Source: an uncultured Acidobacteriota bacterium
GTDB lineage: Bacteria; Acidobacteriota; Thermoanaerobaculia; UBA5066; Gp7-AA6
NCBI GenBank assembly: GCA_963837495.1
Contig: CAWINF010000001.1
Span: 1,289,843-1,353,842 of the forward strand
Length of the DNA: 64,000 nucleotides
Direction of reading: 5' to 3'
A model generated the notes under the pieces. The model was not told the origin of the DNA and did no database searches. It saw only the letters and a list, made by a program, of their open reading frames with translations. Numbering within the stretch: position 1 is the first letter of the stretch; each line of letters begins with the position of its first letter. Shown here piece by piece: positions 25,845-33,026 of the stretch. Made by a program: the position numbers and the translations under genes.

Positions 25845-28465
25845 ACTTCCGGCGCGTGCTCCTGCTCATCGACGTCGAATCCGGCGTCGGCCCGGCGATC
25901 GAGCTGATCCGGCGCGTGGCTCCGGATGCGGATCTCCTTTGGATCGTCGCGCGCCTGCCCACCGGACGGGTCGCGTGGTTCTCTTCGCAGGCTCCGACCG
26001 ATCTGAACGCCGCCGCAACCGGCTGGCTGGATGCGGTCCGAAGCGCGGCGTCCGGGGCCGCCAGATCGGTCGAGGTTCGCGTGGAGCCCGAGATCCATGC
26101 CAGCCGTCTCGTCGAGCTTGCAGAGGCCGCCGACATCGATCTTTTCGTCACCCGTTCCCTGTCCGAGATCGCCGAGGTCCGGAAGCGGCGACCGCTGGCG
26201 GTGCTATGGGCGGCGGACGAAGCGCGCGGCAGCGGTCCCATCGAGAACATCCTCTGTCTTGCCGTCGGCGAACGCGCCCGGCGCGCGGTCGGGCGGTTTC
26301 TCCGCGATCACGTCCCCTCCGGGCCCCGCGTCACGGCGCTCGTTCATCGCGTGTCGGGCGACGTCGCCTCGGCCCTGCAGGTCGCCGGGATCACGGCACG
26401 CGTCGAGCAGGCGACCCGTTTCCCCTCCGGACCGCTCGACCTCGTCGCGGTGGCGCACTTTCCAGGCGCCCTGCTGGCGGCGCGGAACTGGCGGGCGCCG
26501 GTCCTGATCCTTCCTCCGCTCGAGAGCCCCGGACCGTCGACCCCGCCGGCAATGGACGTGTCTGACGTGATCGACGAGAACGGCGTCATCCGGCTGCGCG
26601 CTCATTACGCGCTGGGGGTTGGCCGGCTCGAACCCATTCCCGACCAGACACTGGCGGTTGTCTCCGGAGGGCGCGTCGTCGCGACGGCCGCGAGCGAGGA
26701 TGGCGCCGCCGAGCTGGCTTCCGTGCCGGACGCGGACGCACTGGGAATCTACCGTCTCGCTGGCCGGGAGAGCGCGGATCCTCTGACGTGCATCGAGGAA
26801 GACATCGCCTTGATCCGACCGGCATCCCGCCCGCTCGTCCTGTTCAATTCCAACCTGGGCGAGTCCGAGCTCCGTCTCTTGTCCGGGGTGGAAGCCGCGG
26901 ACCTGCTCGCCGTCCGGATGCGCGTGACCGAAAGTTCCCGGGCGATTCGCGCTCGCCTCCGGAGAGCGGGGCTCCGGGACTCCGTCGTCGACGCCCGGGC
27001 GGTCCTCGATGAGGGATCGGCCCTCGATGTGGGCAACGATCTCGACTCGGTGCGCCTTGCCCGCGTGGCGACACGGATGCGTGCGGCCGGGTTCCCCGTC
27101 GCGGCAATCGTTTATCAGGGAGCGTTTACCCCCTCCACGATCGGGTTCGACGCGATCCGCCCGGAACAACTCCCCTCGAACCTGTCGCTCCAGCCTCCCT
27201 CTCGGGGAAATCCTTCGCTCGGGCAGCGGCTTGACGCCACGACCGGCGCGCCGTTGATCGCCGGAAACCGGATCGAACTCGAGCTGGACAACGCCACCGC
27301 GCGCCGCTGGTTGCTGGAGGCCATCGCCGCGGCAAGGAGCCGCGTGCACCTCCAGATCTACATGGCGCTCGACGACGACGTCGGAAGCGCGGTCGAGGCC
27401 GCCCTGGCCGCGGCCGGCGCCCGGGGGGTGACCGTGCGAGTCGTGGTTGATTCGCTTCACGGGTTTCACGGCTCGCTCGGCGCCCGCAACCCCCTGCTGG
27501 AGCGGCTCGCCGGTCGCCCGGGCGTAGACCTACGCGTTCTGGATCGCATCACCTCCGCACCATCGCTTCACGAACTGAAACAGCGGGATCACAGGAAGAT
27601 CGCCGTAATCGACGGCGAACTGGCGCTTCTCGGCGGGCGTAATCTGTCGCACGAGTACTACGCCGGTTTCGAGGAAGTGCGGCTGACGGCGCGCTCGCTG
27701 TGGCGCGAAGTGCCGTGGCTCGACGCCGGGGCGAAAGTGGAAGGTCCGGCCGTGGCGGCGCTCGATCGCTCGTTTCTCGATGCCTGGACGGCGGCCGGCG
27801 GAGCGCCTTTCGAGATCGCGGAGCGTCCTGCCGCCGGAGCCATCGCGGCTCGCGTGGTCCTCCATCACGGCCTTCGCGACGCGCGCACGCTGGACGCGTA
27901 CATCGCCATGATCGAGACGGCCGAGTCGCATGTCTACGCCGTGAACGGTTTTCCGCTGATCCTGGAGATCCAGCACGCGCTGCTCCGGGCCCTTCGCCGC
28001 GGCGTACGCGTCCGGACCCTCTTCGGCAATCTCACCCCGACGCACGATGGAGCGCCGTTTCACGGCCCATGGTCCTCGGCGCGAACCCAGGCGACCGAAC
28101 TCGTTCACTCGCGGATGGATGCCCTCATCGCGGCGGGCGCCGAGGCGTATGAGTTCGTCGTGCCGCAGCAATCGGCATGGGAACGCGGTCTCGGCGCCAT
28201 CCGTCCCCACGTGCACGCGAAGGTGACGAGCGTCGATGGCCGGGTCTGCTCCGTGGGAAGCGCGAACCTCGACGTCACGGCCGGGTATTGGGAGAACGAG
28301 CTGGTCCTGATCGTCGAAGGTCCTCCGACCGCCGCCGCGCTCGAGGCGCGCGTCGATCGGCTGCTCGCCCAATCGCAACGCATCGATCGCAACGACGCGG
28401 AATGGCAGAAACTCTCAAAACGTCGCGAGTGGATGCGCCGCTGGCCCGGAGTGATGTCGATCTAG
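25841..28465 (+). CDS. Large cytoplasmic phospholipase-D-superfamily protein: N-terminal tandem USP-like domains, a central uncharacterised region, and a C-terminal cardiolipin-synthase-like PLD with two HKD motifs
   Basis: HKD motif 1 is 'HRKIAVIDGELALLGGRNL'. HKD motif 2 is 'HAKVTSVDGRVCSVGSANLD'. The N-terminus ('RVLLLIDVESGVGPAIELI', '...DLVAVAHFPGALLAARNWRAPVLILPP') resembles universal stress protein folds. The start overlaps the phosphoesterase stop (ATGA). Confidence 0.8.
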   Translation: MNFRRVLLLIDVESGVGPAIELIRRVAPDADLLWIVARLPTGRVAWFSSQAPTDLNAAATGWLDAVRSAASGAARSVEVRVEPEIHASRLVELAEAADIDLFVTRSLSEIAEVRKRRPLAVLWAADEARGSGPIENILCLAVGERARRAVGRFLRDHVPSGPRVTALVHRVSGDVASALQVAGITARVEQATRFPSGPLDLVAVAHFPGALLAARNWRAPVLILPPLESPGPSTPPAMDVSDVIDENGVIRLRAHYALGVGRLEPIPDQTLAVVSGGRVVATAASEDGAAELASVPDADALGIYRLAGRESADPLTCIEEDIALIRPASRPLVLFNSNLGESELRLLSGVEAADLLAVRMRVTESSRAIRARLRRAGLRDSVVDARAVLDEGSALDVGNDLDSVRLARVATRMRAAGFPVAAIVYQGAFTPSTIGFDAIRPEQLPSNLSLQPPSRGNPSLGQRLDATTGAPLIAGNRIELELDNATARRWLLEAIAAARSRVHLQIYMALDDDVGSAVEAALAAAGARGVTVRVVVDSLHGFHGSLGARNPLLERLAGRPGVDLRVLDRITSAPSLHELKQRDHRKIAVIDGELALLGGRNLSHEYYAGFEEVRLTARSLWREVPWLDAGAKVEGPAVAALDRSFLDAWTAAGGAPFEIAERPAAGAIAARVVLHHGLRDARTLDAYIAMIETAESHVYAVNGFPLILEIQHALLRALRRGVRVRTLFGNLTPTHDGAPFHGPWSSARTQATELVHSRMDALIAAGAEAYEFVVPQQSAWERGLGAIRPHVHAKVTSVDGRVCSVGSANLDVTAGYWENELVLIVEGPPTAAALEARVDRLLAQSQRIDRNDAEWQKLSKRREWMRRWPGVMSI

Positions 28466-28755
28466 AGCCGCGAGCTGCTGGTCCAGCGGGCGGGCGCAAT
28501 AAGCGGCGCTGACGAACGCCGCTTTCGAAACTCGACGCCTGTCGAGCTTCGCCACGTCCTGCCGCCGCTAACTGCTTTTTTCTCAGTGATCGGACAGTGG
28601 CACTCCCGTTGCGATCTTGGATCGCCGATGGTGCTGAGGATTGGAACCATGCCAAGCGACTCGCAGACGATTGTCATGCTCATCGGGAGGATCACCTCGC
28701 CGGATGTGCAGCGGTTGAAGGAGCAGATCGCCGAAGTGCCGGGGTCCGTCGCCCT
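28466..28755 (+). repeat. Direct repeat copy C (~240 bp, about 85% identical to 20797..21040)
   Basis: The element order is the same as in copy A: hairpin, UAS palindrome, sigma-54 promoter, then the first ~45 codons of the short ORF. Homology ends at about 28750. Confidence 0.75.
28531..28612 (+). promoter_or_regulatory. Sigma-54 promoter (TGGCAC-tcccg-TTGC, 28598-28612) with the UAS palindrome ctcgac-gcct-gtcgag (28531-28546)
   Basis: This is the best-preserved copy of the UAS inverted repeat. Its spacing to the -24 element equals that of the other two copies. Confidence 0.65.
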
Positions 28756-29075
28756 GGCTCGTGACGGTGCATCAGGTCTTCGATAGCTCCTCCCTGACGC
28801 AGATCATCAAGGAACACATTTGGGAGCCTCCGACGCCGCCGGGATACCGGACGGAAATGCCTCTGCCGCCGGAGCTCGATCGCATCATCCTGTCGTGTCT
28901 CGAGAAGGATCCCGAGAACCGTCAGCAATCGGCACTGGAGTTTCGCCGGGCACTCGAGTCGATCGCCTTCGCTGTCGAGTGGAACCAGGAGAGAGCGCGA
29001 GAATGGTGGCTCCAGAACGGCCCGCGGCCGAGCGAACGACCAGCGGAGTCGGAGGGGGACTGGTGGGCCCTCTGA
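28628..29075 (+). pseudogene. Chimeric gene remnant: the 5' ~45 codons of the short ORF at 20923 (28628..28786, premature stop) fused out of frame to the 3' end of a Ser/Thr kinase gene (28761..29075)
   Basis: 'MVLRIGTMPSDSQTIVMLIGRITSPDVQRLKEQIAE' matches the 20923 protein, then diverges and hits a stop. A second frame encodes 'SLTQIIKEHIWEPPTPPGYRTEMPLPPELDRIILSCLEKDPENRQQSALEFRRAL', which is kinase subdomain X-XI. Confidence 0.6.
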
Positions 29076-29080
29076 AATAT

Positions 29081-29158
29081 TGGTGCGCCCGGCGCGATTC
29101 GAACGCGCGACCTTTAGCTCCGGAGGCTAACGCTCTATCCGGACTGAGCTACGGGCGC
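29081..29158 (-). tRNA. tRNA-Arg (anticodon CCG)
   Basis: The reverse complement folds as a canonical cloverleaf: acceptor GCGCCCG/CGGGCGC, D stem GCTC/GAGC, anticodon stem TTAGC/GCTAA with loop CTCCGGA, T stem GCGCG/CGCGC with loop TTCGAAT, and an encoded CCA. Confidence 0.9.
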
Positions 29159-29179
29159 AAATGCTCATGACAAAGGGCT

Positions 29180-29257
29180 TGGGGTGAGTGGAGGGATTCG
29201 AACCCTCGACATCCAGATCCACAGTCTGGCGCTCTAACCAGCTGAGCTACACCCACC
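29180..29257 (-). tRNA. tRNA-His (anticodon GTG) with an extra 5' G(-1)
   Basis: The reverse complement is GGTGGGTGTAGCTCAGCTGGTTAGAGCGCCAGACTGTGGATCTGGATGTCGAGGGTTCGAATCCCTCCACTCACCCCA. The anticodon loop CTGTGGA and the G-1:C73 pair are characteristic of tRNA-His. Confidence 0.9.
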
Positions 29258-29272
29258 GCGGGACCGCGAAGT

Positions 29273-29662
29273 CTACTCTTGACCCGAGAGCCGGTCAAAC
29301 GGAGCAGATCCTTCGCTTTCCAGCGAGAGGGCCGCGAGGAGGCCGTCGCCGACGCGAGCGAGCTCGGCGCGCGTTAATTTCCCGATTCCCCGATCGAGCT
29401 TTTCCCGATCCAGAGTCGTGATCTGGTGGCAGAGGGCGACACTCGGGCGGGGAAGTCCGCCCGAGCCCGCAGGAAGAGAGACCGCGGTGGGGCCGCGGCC
29501 CGCCTGCGCGAACGACGTCGAAATCGGGACCACGATGACCGATCTCCAGCCGGGAGTCTGATTGAAGGCGTCGTGCGAGACGACGAGCACGGGACGGCGG
29601 CCGCGTTGCTCCGAGCCGGAGCGCTGGGAGAGGTCTGCCCAGTACACGTCGCCGCGCTTCAA
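29273..29662 (-). CDS. mazF: Type II toxin-antitoxin system toxin, PemK/MazF family endoribonuclease
   Basis: The N-terminus 'MKRGDVYWADL...RRPVLVVSHDAFNQ...VVPISTS' is the MazF/PemK signature. The start overlaps the upstream RHH gene stop (ATGA). Confidence 0.85.
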   Translation of the reverse strand: MKRGDVYWADLSQRSGSEQRGRRPVLVVSHDAFNQTPGWRSVIVVPISTSFAQAGRGPTAVSLPAGSGGLPRPSVALCHQITTLDREKLDRGIGKLTRAELARVGDGLLAALSLESEGSAPFDRLSGQE

Positions 29663-29928
29663 CGCCGCCGCCGCTTCCTGGCAAGAGACTGGAGACCGGC
29701 TTTCTCGAGGGCGGGGTCGAGGTCTGCCGCGGTGTCGGCATGCTCGCGAGCGTATTGCGCGATCTCTTCGTGGAGCTCCTGTGCTCGCCGAACGCGCAGG
29801 CCCTCCTCCAGGGCCTCGCGGGCAATGACCGTCGCCGGCCTCCCGCGGCGCCGCGCCTGCTCTCGCAGCTCGTCATAGAGCTCGGCGGAAAGAGGAAGAT
29901 GGAAGTTGCGAACGGCGGACGTCTTCAT
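29659..29928 (-). CDS. Ribbon-helix-helix antitoxin (MazE/CopG-like) partner of the MazF toxin
   Basis: 'MKTSAVRNFHLPLSAELYDELREQARRRGRPATVIAREALEEGL' is an RHH motif. The track merges it into a long artefactual ORF. An alternative start is MALF at 29946. Confidence 0.7.
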   Translation of the reverse strand: MKTSAVRNFHLPLSAELYDELREQARRRGRPATVIAREALEEGLRVRRAQELHEEIAQYAREHADTAADLDPALEKAGLQSLARKRRRR

Positions 29929-30006
29929 ATGGCTGAATAATGCCATAAAATCATGGCCTTTCCTCGGTGGAATCGCCTGCCCGGCCTGCCGGAATAGACT
30001 CGGCAG

Positions 30007-30387
30007 ATGGCTGGCGGGAAGTCGGGAGGGTGCGTCCTGAAGCCGCGGCTGCGCGTCTTGAAGGACGGCGCGATCGCGTTCGGGCCGGGCAAGGCGGACC
30101 TCCTCGAGGCGATCGCGGCGGAGGGGGAGCTGCGGGCCGCTGCGAAACGCCTCGGGATGTCCTACATGCGGGCCTGGAACCTGCTGCGGCAGATGAACCG
30201 GGCCTTCGCGGGTCCGCTCGTCGAAACGGTCCGGGGCGGCCGCGAGCACGGCGGCGCGAGGTTGACGCCCGACGGCCGCCGAGCGCTGGCGCTCTACCGG
30301 GAGATGGAGCGGCGGAGCCTCGCGGCGTGCCGGCCGGCGTTCGCGCGACTGCTCCCCCTTCTCTCGCGCCCCTCTCGATATACTTGA
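30007..30387 (+). CDS. ModE-like winged-HTH (LysR-type N-terminal domain) molybdate-responsive regulator without TOBE domains
   Basis: 'DLLEAIAAEGELRAAAKRLGMSYMRAWNLLRQMNRAFAGPLVETVRGGREHGGARLTPDGRRAL' matches the ModE N-terminal DNA-binding domain. The gene sits upstream of modABC. Confidence 0.75.
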   Translation: MAGGKSGGCVLKPRLRVLKDGAIAFGPGKADLLEAIAAEGELRAAAKRLGMSYMRAWNLLRQMNRAFAGPLVETVRGGREHGGARLTPDGRRALALYREMERRSLAACRPAFARLLPLLSRPSRYT

Positions 30388-30400
30388 CGGAATATATCGA

Positions 30401-31588
30401 TTGTGGTCTCCTCGCGGCCGCATGCGGCGTGCCGTCGGGACGAGACTTCCCGGGATTGCCCGGCTCGCTTGCGCGCTGCTCGCGGCCTCTCCTCCCGCCG
30501 CGCCCGGGCAGGTCGTCATCAAGGTCAACGACGACGTCGGCTTCCGACTCGGGATGCTCCTCCAGGGATGGGCCGACTGGACGCAGGACGCCGTCTCGGA
30601 AGGGTACTCGCAGAATCTTTTCATCCGGCGGGTCCGCTTTATCGTCGCCGGTACCGTCGCGAAGGACGTCAGCTTCTTCTTCCAGACCGACAACCCGCGC
30701 CTGGGCAACGCCGGGACGGTCGGGACCAAGAACCTGGCCGCCGGTTTCCTCGTTCAGGACGCCTTCGCCGAGTGGAAGATCGCGGGCGACTCGCTGATGC
30801 TGGACGCGGGGCTCTACTACGTGCCAATCGCGCGCGGCGTCCTGAACAGCTCGTCGAGCAACCTCTCCTTCGACACGCCGACGTTCGGTACGCAGCAGAA
30901 CACGTTCGAGCAGTCGAGCGGCGGCCGCGACGTCGGCGTCGGATTGAAGGGATACATCGCCGGGGACCATCTGGAGTACCGCGCCGGAGTCTTCTCGGGG
31001 CAGCGCCTTCCGGCCGGGCCGGCGGGGCCGGCCGGGGCGCGCAACTCGCCGCGCTTCGCGGCCCGCATCCAGTACGACGTTTTGGACCCCGAGAAGGGGT
31101 ACACGTACACGGGGACCAACCGCGGGACCAGACGCATCCTGGCCGTAGGAGCGTGGGGCGACACGCAGGGCGATTTTCAGGCCGCCGGGGCGGACGTCTT
31201 CGCGGACATCCCGATCGGCAAGGACGCGGTGTCTGCCGAGACGGACTACCAGTGCTACGACGGCGGCAAGCAGTTCGTGCAGGTCGCGGGCGCGGTGACG
31301 ACGCCGCTTCTGCCGAAGCAGGAAGCGATCTATGCGCAGGCCGGCTACTACCTCGCGGCTCTCCGGCTGCAACCCTTCCTCCGTTACGAGCGGCTCCATT
31401 TCCAGGACGCCGCGTTCCAGACCGGGAACCAGCGGCGGTATTCCGGCGGCCTCAACTGGTATCTGTCGGGACAGAACCTGAAGGCGACGGCGTTCTACGA
31501 GCGGATCGTGCCCGAGGTCAAGCCGGCGGCGGCTTCGATCAAGGACACGCATCACATCGGCGTTCAGCTTCAGCTTCTCTATTTCTAA
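30401..31588 (+). CDS. Outer-membrane porin (phosphate-selective porin O/P-like beta-barrel), possibly an oxyanion/molybdate porin
   Basis: A signal peptide 'MRRAVGTRLPGIARLACALLAASPPAAPG' is present. Alternating amphipathic beta-strands end in a C-terminal 'LQLLYF' with terminal Phe. An alternative start is 30422. Confidence 0.65.
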   Translation: MWSPRGRMRRAVGTRLPGIARLACALLAASPPAAPGQVVIKVNDDVGFRLGMLLQGWADWTQDAVSEGYSQNLFIRRVRFIVAGTVAKDVSFFFQTDNPRLGNAGTVGTKNLAAGFLVQDAFAEWKIAGDSLMLDAGLYYVPIARGVLNSSSSNLSFDTPTFGTQQNTFEQSSGGRDVGVGLKGYIAGDHLEYRAGVFSGQRLPAGPAGPAGARNSPRFAARIQYDVLDPEKGYTYTGTNRGTRRILAVGAWGDTQGDFQAAGADVFADIPIGKDAVSAETDYQCYDGGKQFVQVAGAVTTPLLPKQEAIYAQAGYYLAALRLQPFLRYERLHFQDAAFQTGNQRRYSGGLNWYLSGQNLKATAFYERIVPEVKPAAASIKDTHHIGVQLQLLYF

Positions 31589-31599
31589 GGGAGCGGCAC

Positions 31600-32340
31600 A
31601 TGCGAGCGCCGGTAATGGCCGTGGGACTCCTCCTCTTCCTGCTCGCGCTTCCCTCATGCGCGCAGGAGATCCTCGTCTTCGCGGCGGCGAGCCTGACGGA
31701 GTCGCTCGAGGAGATCGGCGGGACCTACCAGCGCAAGACCGGGACCGACGTGCGCTTCTCCTTCGGCGGCTCGAGCGACCTCGCCCGGCAGATCGAGGCG
31801 GGCGCGCCGGCGGACGTCTTCTTCTCGGCGGACACGGCGAAGATGGACGCGCTCGAGAAGGCGGGGCTCGTTCGCCGGGAGGACCGGCGCGAGTTCCTGT
31901 CGAACTGGCTGGCCGTCGTCGTCTCTGCGGACTGGTCCGGCCGGGTGCGCGGTCCGCGCGACCTCCTGCAGTTTTCCAGGATCGCGCTCGCCGATCCGGC
32001 GGCCGTCCCGGCCGGCATCTACGCGAAGAAGTGGCTCGAGTCGGCTGGCATCTGGAAGGACGTCCGGGACCGCGTCGTGCCGACACTCGACGTGCGGGCC
32101 GCGCTGGCCGCTGTCGAGTCCGGATCGGTCGCGGCCGGCGTCGTGTACAAGACGGACGCCCGGATCTCGAAGAAGGCGCGCATCGTGTACGCGGCCGCGA
32201 CCGTTCCGCCGATCCTGTACTCGGTTTCCGCCGTCGCGCGGGCGCGTCCCGCCGCGCGAGAGTTCGTGACGTTCCTCCAGGGAAAGGACGCCGCCGCGGC
32301 CTTTTCGAAGGCGGGCTTCGTCCTCGTGCGCAAGGAGTAA
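31600..32340 (+). CDS. modA: Molybdate ABC transporter substrate-binding protein
   Basis: The signal peptide 'MRAPVMAVGLLLFLLALPSCAQE' precedes ModA-like 'ILVFAAASLTESLEEIG...RFSFGGSSDLARQIEAGAPADVFFSA'. Confidence 0.88.
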   Translation: MRAPVMAVGLLLFLLALPSCAQEILVFAAASLTESLEEIGGTYQRKTGTDVRFSFGGSSDLARQIEAGAPADVFFSADTAKMDALEKAGLVRREDRREFLSNWLAVVVSADWSGRVRGPRDLLQFSRIALADPAAVPAGIYAKKWLESAGIWKDVRDRVVPTLDVRAALAAVESGSVAAGVVYKTDARISKKARIVYAAATVPPILYSVSAVARARPAAREFVTFLQGKDAAAAFSKAGFVLVRKE

Positions 32341-32372
32341 GTTCTACGGCCTCCGATCTCTCGATCCTTCTC

Positions 32373-33026
32373 TTGACTCTCCGGATCGCGCTGCTCTCGA
32401 CGGCCGCGATCCTGCCTGCCGGCCTCGCCGCGGCCTGGCTCCTCTCGCGCGGTCGGGGGGCCGCCAACCAGATCGTCGAGACGCTCCTCGCTCTCCCGCT
32501 CGTTCTGCCGCCGACCGCCGTGGGACTTCTCCTGCTCGAGCTCCTGCGCCGATCCGGGCCGCTCGGGCGGCTGCTCGACCGCGCCGGCATCGAGGTGCTC
32601 TTCACCTGGAAGGCCGTCGCGCTCGCGACCGCGGTCATGTCCTTTCCGCTCCTCGTGCGGCCGGCCCGCGCGGCGTTCGAGACGGTCGATCCGCGCCTGC
32701 TCTCGATCGCGCGGTCGCTCGGCAAGGGACCGGCGGAGGTGTTCCGAAAGGTCGCGCTGCCGCTTTCCTGGCGCGGCATTCTTGCCGGAACGCTCCTTGC
32801 CTTCTCGCGTGCGCTCGGCGAGTTCGGCGCCACGATCCTCGTCGCCGGGAACATCCCCGGCCGTACGCAGACGCTCGCACTGGCAATCTTCCACCGGACG
32901 CAGGTGGGCGAGGACAGGGCTGCGTTCCGGCTGGTCGGCGTCGTCGTAGCGCTCGCGTTTCTGACCGTCTGGCTGACGGAGGTTCTGCAGAGGCGGCGCG
33001 GGCGGCGCGAGCGGGACTTGGCGTGA
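32373..33026 (+). CDS. modB: Molybdate ABC transporter permease
   Basis: The ABC permease EAA loop is 'SIARSLGKGPAEVFRKVALPLS'. The ModB-like N-terminus is '...ALPLVLPPTAVGLLLLELL'. The start is uncertain: no ATG is in frame, and TTG 32373 is proposed. Confidence 0.8.
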   Translation: MTLRIALLSTAAILPAGLAAAWLLSRGRGAANQIVETLLALPLVLPPTAVGLLLLELLRRSGPLGRLLDRAGIEVLFTWKAVALATAVMSFPLLVRPARAAFETVDPRLLSIARSLGKGPAEVFRKVALPLSWRGILAGTLLAFSRALGEFGATILVAGNIPGRTQTLALAIFHRTQVGEDRAAFRLVGVVVALAFLTVWLTEVLQRRRGRRERDLA

